A stretch of DNA of 64,000 bases from a virus (taxonomy: Duplodnaviria > Caudoviricetes), in the IMG/VR virus record IMGVR_UViG_3300032280_000800, positions 32,001 to 96,000 of that record; one strand, written 5' to 3'. Below the pieces are notes generated by a model that did no database searches, was not told where the DNA came from, and saw only the letters and a program-made list of their open reading frames with translations. The translations under genes and the position numbers were made by a program. The stretch's first letter is position 1. Each line of letters opens with the position of its first letter. This document shows positions 38,662-48,159 of the stretch, one piece after another.

Positions 38662-39448
38662 ATATGACCAGTTAACAGATGAAGCTAAAAAAGACATAAT
38701 AAATAAATTATATTGCCAAGAAAATTTAAGCTTTAAAGACATTGCTATAAAGTATGATACGTATACTAATAAGATCTTAAGGGATGCAAAAAAGTTTGGT
38801 ATAAAAATTAAAAATAAATCAGAGGCACAAAAAAATGCTCTTAAAACAGGAAAACATAAACATCCAACCAAGGGCAGGCAAAGATCAGATGCTGAGAAAC
38901 ACAGTATTGGCGTATCTGTTATGAAAAACTGGGCATCGTTAGATGATCAACAAAGAGAACAAAAAAAATCAGTATACAAAGATTTGTGGGATAAAAAAAG
39001 CGATGATGAAAAAGCTAATATGTTGCATAAAGCTAACGTGGCCGTTAGACAAAGTAGTAAACTAGGGTCAAAACTAGAACACTTTATTCTAAAGTTTCTG
39101 GTGAAAAACAATTTCAAAACAGAGTTTCATAAGGAACAACTGCTAGCAAATACAAAGTTGCAAATTGATATTTTTTTGCCTACCATGAATATAGCCATTG
39201 AGATTGATGGACCATCGCATTTTGTTCCTGTGTGGGGGGAAGAGGTACTGAATAAAAATATAGCTTATGATAAAAAGAAAGCGGGACTATTGATCGGTAA
39301 AGGCTATAAGTTAATCAGAGTCAAACAAACAAAAGATTTTTCTAAAGCTAGGGCTAATATACTTTGTGATAAACTTTTAAGTGCTATTACAGAAATACAA
39401 GATACAGTTACTACTAATATAATAGAAATAGGAGATTTGGATGGCTAA
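38654..39448 (+). CDS. Endonuclease with N-terminal HTH/NUMOD3-like DNA-binding region and C-terminal Vsr/DUF559-like domain (possible homing endonuclease)
   Basis: LSFKDIA..Y, HPTKGRQRSDAEK, SKLE, IDIFLP, IEIDGPSHF, D.KK...L...GY.LIRV. Confidence 0.7.
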   Translation: MNKYDQLTDEAKKDIINKLYCQENLSFKDIAIKYDTYTNKILRDAKKFGIKIKNKSEAQKNALKTGKHKHPTKGRQRSDAEKHSIGVSVMKNWASLDDQQREQKKSVYKDLWDKKSDDEKANMLHKANVAVRQSSKLGSKLEHFILKFLVKNNFKTEFHKEQLLANTKLQIDIFLPTMNIAIEIDGPSHFVPVWGEEVLNKNIAYDKKKAGLLIGKGYKLIRVKQTKDFSKARANILCDKLLSAITEIQDTVTTNIIEIGDLDG

Positions 39449-40175
39449 AACAAAAAATGTTGACGTTGCAACAAATGATACAGTGTCTGAGGCACCAGTA
39501 GTTACAAAAGTTAGTATCGGAGATATCGAGTGGACTGATTTTGTATTACATCAGTTGTCCGATGATGAGAAAATCCAGGGTAATCCTACTACTGATGGTT
39601 TGCGTAGAGTTTTTGAAAGAGTTATGAATTGTACTGTAATCCAATCAGACTCTACTGTCGTACAATCCCCCGAGCCTTCAAATGAAAAGCGGGCATCTGT
39701 TGTACATTCATTAACATGGTATGATTTAAATTCAGAAACCGATGATGCTTGTAAAATTAAAACGGTGAGTGGGGCTGCTGATGTATATTGGGGTAATTGT
39801 GATAAAGCATATCGCAATCATCCGGTAGCTGTAGCAGAAACAAGGGCTGAGGGACGAGCTTTAAGAAGAGCTATGAGATTAAGAAAAGTTGTAGCAGCAG
39901 AGGAGCTTGCTGAAAATATTGAGGATGATATTAGTGGTGATAATGTAACAAAAATTACTAATAATCAAATCAATTTTATTGATGTATTAGCTAAAAGATT
40001 AGATATTAACGTATTAGAATTGCTTAAAACTATCAATATAGATAATAGTAATATTAAAAATATATTGCATCATGATGCTCTAAGTGTTATTAGAGAATTG
40101 TCATCTTATCAACAAAAGACAGATGGCATTCCGGATAATGTTAAAGGGTATCTAAATAACTGGAGTATCATATGA
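39441..40175 (+). CDS. Putative single-strand annealing protein (Rad52/Sak-like)
   Basis: DGLRR, G.AD, AVAETRAEGRALRRA..L...AAEE motif; C-terminal ITNNQI helical extension. Confidence 0.55.
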   Translation: MAKTKNVDVATNDTVSEAPVVTKVSIGDIEWTDFVLHQLSDDEKIQGNPTTDGLRRVFERVMNCTVIQSDSTVVQSPEPSNEKRASVVHSLTWYDLNSETDDACKIKTVSGAADVYWGNCDKAYRNHPVAVAETRAEGRALRRAMRLRKVVAAEELAENIEDDISGDNVTKITNNQINFIDVLAKRLDINVLELLKTINIDNSNIKNILHHDALSVIRELSSYQQKTDGIPDNVKGYLNNWSII

Positions 40176-40501
40176 AAGTAAAATATAAAGTTGGAGATAA
40201 ATTAGAGTTTGAACTTGAGGGTGCTGGCCAAAAAGAAATTTTCAAAGAGCTGGCAACTATTCAAGAAATTTTTGCAGAAGAGAAATGTGGATTGTGTGGT
40301 AGTACTAACCTACGATTTGTAGTTAGGAATGTTGAAGGGAATGATTACTACGAATTAAGATGTAATGAGTGCGGAGCTGTTCTTGCTTTTGGACAGCATA
40401 AGAAGGGCGGGACACTATTTCCCAAACGAAAAGACGATGACAATAAGTACTTGCCAAATCATGGATGGCATAAGTGGCAGGGGAATAAAGAAAAAGAGTG
40501 A
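40172..40501 (+). CDS. Zinc-ribbon hypothetical protein
   Basis: CGLCGS...CNECG. Confidence 0.65.
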   Translation: MKVKYKVGDKLEFELEGAGQKEIFKELATIQEIFAEEKCGLCGSTNLRFVVRNVEGNDYYELRCNECGAVLAFGQHKKGGTLFPKRKDDDNKYLPNHGWHKWQGNKEKE

Positions 40502-40503
40502 TG

Positions 40504-43500
40504 TTATATTTGGGGTGGCGGGGTATAGCACTCAACTATATCCTCCCACACCAAACAATCTGGACCACTAGTCTCTTGCTTATGTACTAGTGCTTGATGC
40601 TTACCTTCTTTGAAGTTTTTTAATGTCTTTAAGCATTCTAGATCGCACCAACAGTTGGTAGATAATGTAGGTGTTGGTTGGCTTGGCTGAGTTTGTGTCG
40701 AAATTGTTTCTGTTGTGCTTGTTGTAACGCAACATCCTTGATTTGGATCTTTGTACGCTCTATTACTTTCTAATACAATATATCTATTATCATCATAATA
40801 AGCATATACATGGTCACATTTACACAACGACACACCCAAGAAGTCATAAACTTTAATCTTTGCTTTGTGTAGAGATCCTTTAATATTAGCTCCATCATTA
40901 GACCAAATAGAATATTCTTCATAAAATTTGATATTTCCAGCTTGCGGATCAATTAACTCAGCCTCTGCTGTACCAAATGGTGATAAATTTGATAATAGTC
41001 TTGCTACTACAATCTTATTGGATGGAGGAGATACCCACACCCCACGCTCTCTATCCCAACGCAAATCAATAGGCCCAGCGGGCCATGTCTTGGGGTTAGA
41101 AAGCCAATTTTTTAAAAATTTGTCTTGCAACCCGTGTCTTCTAAATTTACCCTTCTCTGCATGTGCAGCAGAGTCTATGGCGTTTGGAACAGGTTTCCCT
41201 GACGTGTCGTAACCCCAAGCTTGCAGCGTTAATGGGCCCCTTAAAGCATTGTATCTAAAATTTGTTTGATCTTGTTTGGTGTTTTCAACAGCTTCTGAGT
41301 TTACAGTAGAAAAATCTATAGCTTTTTCTCCGTAGGTGATAACATTGGTTATAAATCCATCAGTACTGCCATTAATTCTACTTAACCAATCGCTAAGCAT
41401 AGCTGTGGATGTAACACTATTCAAATACATTTGATGTATGGGTAAGTCATACTGTAATATGTCGTTAAAATAAAATGGAGGAATTTCCAGACGAGGTTTT
41501 GAATTTGGGGCTCTTCCGTCACCCAATGCTGTAGAACTTTTGTCTTTAAATTCTAAAAAACTACCTGAATAAGAATGGTACATAGCCAATCTGGGTAACT
41601 CTGCATCGGGATCATTTTCTTGATTAGTACTAATGGGACAATATAATAGGTCTAATGAATTAAGAGCAAATCTTTCAAAATGATTTTCTTTGAACCATGT
41701 GTTGTGTAAACTATCCTCTGTCATTACAACGTGCTGATTTTTATTATAATTGCCAGGAGTTATTGTTGATGGGGCAGGGGTTACCTCTGGAGGAGCAATT
41801 GGTTTACACGGATTACAGGGCGGCGGTAAGGCTGGGGATGTGTCATAATAATCCAAGCCTCCTCCACTATTATAGGTTCTAGTCTTAAGTCTATATCCAC
41901 CATAAATAAATAAATTAGGAGTGTTTTGACCACCAGCGCCTTTGGTTTTTGAATCTGTTGTAACAACATCTCCAGAAGCACCTCTTTGATCTCTACGCAA
42001 ACCTTTTTGTTTCTGAATTTCCGAACTAGTCTTATTTATTAACTCTTTTAGTTTTAGATTTTCTAGTTTAAAAAACTTATTAATATAAGACATAGACTTA
42101 TAATTTCTAGTCCATAAATCAGATAAGTGTCTTCCTGGTCTACCAAACTTAGGAGTATATGTTTGAAAATTATATGTTGTTGTATAGCCACTTTCACCAA
42201 TATTAATTTGTAGATCTGTTAGTGTTGCAGCATTTCCTCCAACTACGTATCCTATTCCGTAGGATGGTAATGCTGCTACAGTGATAGATCCACTCTCTTG
42301 CTTTTGTAGTCCTCGTGGTCCATCACCAGCTATAAGGCCTCCATAATAGCTCATCGTATCATAACCATTATTCTGCAAATTAGAAAAATTCCATGGGGCT
42401 AATTCTCTTTCAACCGCTACTTCTGTTCCTCCAACAGGATTGGCCTGGAAAAACCATGGACCATAAACAAAAACATTACTCTTAAAAGGAAGGCAAAAAC
42501 TATCTGGAGTAATTCTTGGTTTATTCATTTCAAAAATATTAAGATTACTAAATTCTAACATTAGTCCAGTATGATCTCCGTCAGCATCATCACATGCTGC
42601 TCGTCTTAGTGGTTCTATGAATTCATCGCCATGTAATGCTATAATTGCAATAGCTCCATTAGAATCCAAAACATGTTTACATTCTTCAGAGTTTGGGGAT
42701 AGTCCTAATTCACCAGGGCTATCTAATGTTACTAGTACGTATTGTTTATTTTCAATTTTATATAATGATGGATCTATACTAGCTTTTACATATAGTTCCT
42801 CGTCAGTTTTTTGATAAAAATTTGTATCTCCAAGCTTACCAAGATCAACATCCCAAATAAGATTATATTTAGATATACCTAATGTTTTATTGAACTTAAC
42901 AAAAGTTCCTATTCTATTATCATTTTCTGTGAATGGATATAGTTCTGGACCAACAGACAAGCCCATAACTTGATTTTGAAACTTAGGCAGCCATCCACCA
43001 GCTATAGAAGGAGAGTCAGAACTATAAAATATTCCACCATCAGAATCTACTTTTATTGTTCCAGATGGAACATTACCGAATCTATCTTTAACGCAAATTC
43101 CAACAGAAGAGTCTCCAACTTCAATTAAATATTTTTGACCATAATATTCACTGTATATATTTGACAGCCAATTTCTAGCAATTTCTATTTTTGCTGTAAT
43201 TTCTGGGGCTTGTCTTTTAATAAAGCTTTCAGATACTGCAAAAGCTTTGTGATCTAATAGGTCTGCGAATGCTTTAAGTGTATTTTCTGCAAACTCTGTC
43301 CAGTCTTCTCCTGCTAGTTCTTCAAAAACTTTAGTTCCTAATAGTTCTGTTTCTCCCCCAGCTTCTTCTCCTCCACCAAATGCCCTAGCACAATAACTTA
43401 GCCACATATTTGTAGATGTGCACGAAAGAAGCTCTGCCTCTGTAAGCTTGAAGGTTTTAAAATTCAAGTCCAAAGCCTGAGACAGAATAGAACAATCAAA

Positions 43501-43596
43501 ATCCGGGTAGTTCAGATCATCGGGTTCTGTATAATATACTTTTAATCCACTAGCTGTATATCTTTCGCCTAAATATTGATAAACATTACATGCCAT
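40504..43596 (-). CDS. Putative tail/baseplate structural protein
   Basis: 1030 aa, downstream of the tape-measure gene, AAGGA RBS; Pro-rich and Thr-rich linkers; function inferred from position. Confidence 0.6.
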   Translation of the reverse strand: MACNVYQYLGERYTASGLKVYYTEPDDLNYPDFDCSILSQALDLNFKTFKLTEAELLSCTSTNMWLSYCARAFGGGEEAGGETELLGTKVFEELAGEDWTEFAENTLKAFADLLDHKAFAVSESFIKRQAPEITAKIEIARNWLSNIYSEYYGQKYLIEVGDSSVGICVKDRFGNVPSGTIKVDSDGGIFYSSDSPSIAGGWLPKFQNQVMGLSVGPELYPFTENDNRIGTFVKFNKTLGISKYNLIWDVDLGKLGDTNFYQKTDEELYVKASIDPSLYKIENKQYVLVTLDSPGELGLSPNSEECKHVLDSNGAIAIIALHGDEFIEPLRRAACDDADGDHTGLMLEFSNLNIFEMNKPRITPDSFCLPFKSNVFVYGPWFFQANPVGGTEVAVERELAPWNFSNLQNNGYDTMSYYGGLIAGDGPRGLQKQESGSITVAALPSYGIGYVVGGNAATLTDLQINIGESGYTTTYNFQTYTPKFGRPGRHLSDLWTRNYKSMSYINKFFKLENLKLKELINKTSSEIQKQKGLRRDQRGASGDVVTTDSKTKGAGGQNTPNLFIYGGYRLKTRTYNSGGGLDYYDTSPALPPPCNPCKPIAPPEVTPAPSTITPGNYNKNQHVVMTEDSLHNTWFKENHFERFALNSLDLLYCPISTNQENDPDAELPRLAMYHSYSGSFLEFKDKSSTALGDGRAPNSKPRLEIPPFYFNDILQYDLPIHQMYLNSVTSTAMLSDWLSRINGSTDGFITNVITYGEKAIDFSTVNSEAVENTKQDQTNFRYNALRGPLTLQAWGYDTSGKPVPNAIDSAAHAEKGKFRRHGLQDKFLKNWLSNPKTWPAGPIDLRWDRERGVWVSPPSNKIVVARLLSNLSPFGTAEAELIDPQAGNIKFYEEYSIWSNDGANIKGSLHKAKIKVYDFLGVSLCKCDHVYAYYDDNRYIVLESNRAYKDPNQGCCVTTSTTETISTQTQPSQPTPTLSTNCWCDLECLKTLKNFKEGKHQALVHKQETSGPDCLVWEDIVECYTPPPQI

Positions 43597-43606
43597 AATT
43601 TATTCC

Positions 43607-44584
43607 TTAGATAGGAGAGGGCGGTCCCGGAGGAGGAGGTACCGGTGGTGGAGGAACTGGTGGTGGAGGAGCTGGTGGAGGAGGAGACGGTGGCGGTGGT
43701 GGTGCGTATGGATCTTGTGTTGTGGGATCATTACCAACACCCCCTACACCCCTGCCTCCTGTTGTAGGATTGCCTTCACAATTCTTATGTACCACCATGA
43801 GATAGTGTACATTTTCACCAATTACCAATTTTTTACTTGGCTCGTATGTTGTTTCTTCTCCATATCGATAGTCTACAGTACCACTACCTCCACAAGCGCT
43901 ACTAGCAACAGCATTTAAAAAAGTACCAAGTGCTCCATCTGGTGGTACCGATCTTTTATCTATAGGTATAGCAGTAAACGTATTCCCTATAATAGTAACT
44001 ATGAAATCACAACCAGCCTCATCACAAGCCTGACCGATGATGCTTAGTACATTAGAACTTGTTTCACTAATTTTTAAATATGCTGGACATATGGCGATAA
44101 TTGCTGATACATCTATGGACATCGTAACGCCACAAACTGGTAAAATACAAGGCTGTCCCTGTAAAGCATTTAAAACATATAACATCGGAATACCGAGATC
44201 GTCTTTTAAAGATGCCATAAAGTCTGAGCAGCCTAAATTACATACTGATGGCTCAAGTAGTGCCAATACATTAATTAAATTAGGAGTATTAATATTACAA
44301 TAATAATCATTCATTATAACAGATACGTTAGATAAGCTTTGTCTACCGTCTGTTAATCTAACATCCCAAATAAAACCCGAAGCCGATTGACTGTAAGTAT
44401 GATCTGCTAATACTCCAGTAAAATTAAATCCTCCAACAGATATCGTATAAACACATCCTAAGGATCCATTGTATGGAGAACCACACTCAACTAATTTAAG
44501 ACTCAGAGAAGACTCTTGTCCACCAAATCCTAAATTACATGTTAGATTAACAATTTCGCAGCCAAAGGCTTTGGCACTAGGCAT
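43607..44584 (-). CDS. Putative tail hub/baseplate protein with polyproline C-terminus
   Basis: 325 aa, Cys-rich, ends PPPPPSPPPPAPPPPVPPPPVPPPPGPPSPI; position in the tail block. Confidence 0.55.
   Translation of the reverse strand: MPSAKAFGCEIVNLTCNLGFGGQESSLSLKLVECGSPYNGSLGCVYTISVGGFNFTGVLADHTYSQSASGFIWDVRLTDGRQSLSNVSVIMNDYYCNINTPNLINVLALLEPSVCNLGCSDFMASLKDDLGIPMLYVLNALQGQPCILPVCGVTMSIDVSAIIAICPAYLKISETSSNVLSIIGQACDEAGCDFIVTIIGNTFTAIPIDKRSVPPDGALGTFLNAVASSACGGSGTVDYRYGEETTYEPSKKLVIGENVHYLMVVHKNCEGNPTTGGRGVGGVGNDPTTQDPYAPPPPPSPPPPAPPPPVPPPPVPPPPGPPSPI
43612..43705 (-). repeat. Polyproline-encoding low-complexity repeat
   Basis: GGT/GGA/GGC runs on the + strand. Confidence 0.85.
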
Positions 44585-46514
44585 TATCTTTATCCTTGTC
44601 TAATATTACTGTAACTGTTTCTTTTGTTGTGTTATAAAAAAATTCTATATTTTGTGTTACATATCCTTTTTTAAATATTTCCACACTGTACTTTCCATAA
44701 CCTAAATCTTTAATAATCTTATATCCACAATCGTCTAAAGTATAATTTTGACCAATTATTTTATAGCAAGCATCGATGGGGTTTATATTTAATAATACCC
44801 CGTTTTTAAATTCTGGATCAGAAAATAATAGCCTATTAGGCGGTTTATTATATACATTTAATAACGATGCGTCAATATCGAACGTGCTTGCTGATTGTAT
44901 CATAGATAATTCTCTTTCTTTTTCAGAAGAGTCTAAAATCTCTATATCAAAAGAGTCAGTATTAATAAATTCATTATTATAAATTAAAGCGCTACTATTA
45001 TTGTCTTTAATTTTAAGAATGTATTTACCATACATTAAATTATTTATTGTTAAATGATATTTATCATTAAAATTTAAAGTTCGCGTATCTCCAAACTCAT
45101 TTGTTAATATTGCAATCAAGGAGCTTTTATCAGCATTCGATACATGACAGGTTATTGACCCAAGCCTATTATTACTCTTTGTAGTTAATGACTGAGTAGT
45201 TAAATTTTTGTGTTTATTAATAAACAGTATTGGTTCAATATCTATTGTATTATTATGAATAATGTTTAATATAGTAGAAATATTATTAGAAAAATACAAT
45301 CCGCTTTTAATAAATACTTGTTTAATTTGAGTATCTATGTAACTATTGTTTGATAATTCATTTATTTTTATAATATCATTATTTTTATAAGCAAAACTAT
45401 AATCATTAGATATAATCATAGATCCTATAACTAATTTAGCTCGACCACTACCAAAAACATGTTCTAAATTAATTTCTTTATCATTAAATAAAAGCTTACT
45501 TTTTACAAAATGTGGGGCCTCTATACCTGGAGATATATAGTAATATTGATATTCTTGATCATTTATAACAATATTTCCATAATCCATACATAGTTTTTGT
45601 TCTATTTGATGATTACCATTTTTAATAGATATTTCAGACGAAAGAATATCTGAATAGTCTGAGGATTTACTTAATGGTAGCAGCAATAAATTGTATACTA
45701 CTTTAGCTTCTACAGGATCAAATAATGCCTTGGTGCTATAATCATTAAATCTACTCACATTAACAGATATTGGTTTTGGTTGACTAATAGTAAAATTTCT
45801 AATAATCTCACAATTATTTTTATCTGTAACTATTAATTTATAGTCCCCAGCAACTAACTTATAATTAATAGATGTTTGATTTACTATAATAGGCTGCGGA
45901 ACGTCTTCTTTAAACCATGCTACTTTATATGGCTCAACACCACCAGTAATATTGCAAGAAACATTGCTCGAAACCCCATTGTACTGTGTAATGGGCTCCC
46001 ATTTTATTTCTACAGATAGTGGCTTTGTAATAATTCTTATTTCTTTTTTTTCGGCTATACATCCATTTTTATCAGTAACGGATATGTTATAATAATAATT
46101 GGGCTTAATTATATAATCATAAAATGTTTGAGATGTATTAATTTTAAAATTATTAATACTTAATATATATGGGGCTAGTCCACCAGACCACTCTATATGC
46201 ATAGAAATATTATCGTTATAGCACTGTATATCTCCAACATGAACCAAGTCCATAGACAAAGCGTCTGCACAAGATAAGTCAATATCAATAGTTTCTGTTG
46301 ATTTTTTAAGTAAATTATAAATTTGAAGAGTATATACTCCACAAGATAGATTGTATACTGTTTTACCATAGTCAGCTATCAAAGCATCAGTATTAATATT
46401 AGTCCAACTAAAAGATAGTAGACCATTAGATCTATCGATAATGGTAATACTACCAGTTTTCTGATCTATGCATTTAGGCTTAACTGTTTGTATTGAATAA
46501 GATTTTGTATTCAT
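44577..46514 (-). CDS. Putative virion adhesin with SprB-like/Ig-like beta repeats
   Basis: GGLAPY..S, SVTDKNGC, ITGGVEPYKVAW, LVAGDYKLIVTDKNNC, L.YGKY.L.I match the SprB-repeat pattern. Confidence 0.6.
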   Translation of the reverse strand: MNTKSYSIQTVKPKCIDQKTGSITIIDRSNGLLSFSWTNINTDALIADYGKTVYNLSCGVYTLQIYNLLKKSTETIDIDLSCADALSMDLVHVGDIQCYNDNISMHIEWSGGLAPYILSINNFKINTSQTFYDYIIKPNYYYNISVTDKNGCIAEKKEIRIITKPLSVEIKWEPITQYNGVSSNVSCNITGGVEPYKVAWFKEDVPQPIIVNQTSINYKLVAGDYKLIVTDKNNCEIIRNFTISQPKPISVNVSRFNDYSTKALFDPVEAKVVYNLLLLPLSKSSDYSDILSSEISIKNGNHQIEQKLCMDYGNIVINDQEYQYYYISPGIEAPHFVKSKLLFNDKEINLEHVFGSGRAKLVIGSMIISNDYSFAYKNNDIIKINELSNNSYIDTQIKQVFIKSGLYFSNNISTILNIIHNNTIDIEPILFINKHKNLTTQSLTTKSNNRLGSITCHVSNADKSSLIAILTNEFGDTRTLNFNDKYHLTINNLMYGKYILKIKDNNSSALIYNNEFINTDSFDIEILDSSEKERELSMIQSASTFDIDASLLNVYNKPPNRLLFSDPEFKNGVLLNINPIDACYKIIGQNYTLDDCGYKIIKDLGYGKYSVEIFKKGYVTQNIEFFYNTTKETVTVILDKDKDNA

Positions 46515-46525
46515 TATTTCCTATA

Positions 46526-48133
46526 TCAACAATTATGAGGCTTGGTCCATTCTTTAGATACTCTGAGAGTTCCAGTATTATTTTTTGTTATTGAACTTTG
46601 TGTTAAATACCATCCAGATGCACCCTCGCTTGATGCTAGACTGTTTGCTATACCAACAGCACAACCTATTACTCCAGACATATCTCTAACATCACATCCT
46701 GGATTTTCTACGGTGGCTGTGACGTTTACTGCTACGGTTTCTTTTGTTGTTGTACCAAGATCCTGTAAAAGTGGCTCACCTCTAAATGGTATAGTAAATT
46801 CAGCAAATACGTCGGTAGGATAATTATGAGTAACTTCTGTTTCAACCTTAGTTGCCCCAGGAATACTACAATTTTGAGCTGTTGAATATTCAAAAGAAAA
46901 ACCTATGGTTCCTTGTCCAAAATTTCTAGTTTCACTCTTATTAACTAGTCTTAATCCGCACTCTTGAGGAGGAACATAACTAGGACATATGCCTAATAGA
47001 CCTCCGTCAGTACAGTCTCCAGTATCTGTTAAGACACCAGATAGGTACATTGTTGCTAAACCTATAAAAGACCCAGACAAAGAGCTATAAGCACTTTCGG
47101 CATTACTTATTCTATTAGTACTCGATGGATGAAATTGTCCATTAGTTATTAAGTCACTAAATGATGTTGTATATAAACCTTCTACTGTTCCTGATACAGT
47201 CACATTACGACCAACTTGTGCTGTCTCTGCTCTTGAATCGACGCTAATATCTATAAATGCTTGAGGATACGGCGTTCCTGTTGGTCTAATAATTAAATCA
47301 CCATTGACAGTTATCGTACCATTAATGGGGTCTGCATCCAAACTTCTAACATGCATATATTTAGGACCAGCATGATATGATCCTAAAGCACTAATTAAAG
47401 AATTGGACGTTGATAATCCATTACTAATACTTCCAGACTCTAAAGCTGATAGTCTTCTCTTTAAAACCTCCTCAGCTGCTTCTAGTCCTGTTTTTCTAGA
47501 TACAGAAGCATCACAACCAACACCACCTCCTGTAGCACTAATATTGAAACTATACTTAGCATGCGCCCTTCCCGCTTTATTTCCACCAGGTATTGAATCG
47601 CTAGAAAATGCATCATTATCTATATTCAATGTTATAGATTCTGATATATCTTTGATGATCTCATTAGAAGTCACATAAGAAGTAGCTTTCGCATTAGGTT
47701 TTACTACAAGCTCACTCTCATTCTCATACATTTCTAATTCTACGGAATAGGCGGCAACTTGTGTCCAGCTAGGCTCAGGGCCTTCTTCGATATTTACAGA
47801 TCTAACTGTACCGTATCCATTTACTAATATTGAGCCACTACAGTTAATATTAATAGATACACAATCGCCTTTTTGACCAATATCTTTAAATTTACTCTTT
47901 AATTTACCAGCAATGTCGCTAAATCCACCATCAGTAGTATAAACAGTGCCATTTAAAGAAACAATTAGTGAACCACCAATAATTAAGTCGCCAACACGAT
48001 ATTGTTCAATAGATAATGATACAAAAGGAGCAGGGTCTAGTGAGACTCCACCAACAGTTACCGTAGCTCCACCGGGAGGAATATTTTGAACGCTAATATT
48101 ATCTACAGATGTTTCGTTTTGTACTTTAAACAT
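46526..48133 (-). CDS. Putative tail protein immediately downstream of the tape measure
   Basis: 535 aa, rich in Ser/Thr/Gly and beta-type sequence; function inferred from position. Confidence 0.55.
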   Translation of the reverse strand: MFKVQNETSVDNISVQNIPPGGATVTVGGVSLDPAPFVSLSIEQYRVGDLIIGGSLIVSLNGTVYTTDGGFSDIAGKLKSKFKDIGQKGDCVSININCSGSILVNGYGTVRSVNIEEGPEPSWTQVAAYSVELEMYENESELVVKPNAKATSYVTSNEIIKDISESITLNIDNDAFSSDSIPGGNKAGRAHAKYSFNISATGGGVGCDASVSRKTGLEAAEEVLKRRLSALESGSISNGLSTSNSLISALGSYHAGPKYMHVRSLDADPINGTITVNGDLIIRPTGTPYPQAFIDISVDSRAETAQVGRNVTVSGTVEGLYTTSFSDLITNGQFHPSSTNRISNAESAYSSLSGSFIGLATMYLSGVLTDTGDCTDGGLLGICPSYVPPQECGLRLVNKSETRNFGQGTIGFSFEYSTAQNCSIPGATKVETEVTHNYPTDVFAEFTIPFRGEPLLQDLGTTTKETVAVNVTATVENPGCDVRDMSGVIGCAVGIANSLASSEGASGWYLTQSSITKNNTGTLRVSKEWTKPHNC

Positions 48134-48159
48134 AGTTTATGACCTTATAATTATAATAC

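Noticed and set aside
40490-40520. Bidirectional terminator at the convergence of the replication and tail arms
   Set aside because: The stop codons are only 2 bp apart and no convincing hairpin with U-tracts was found
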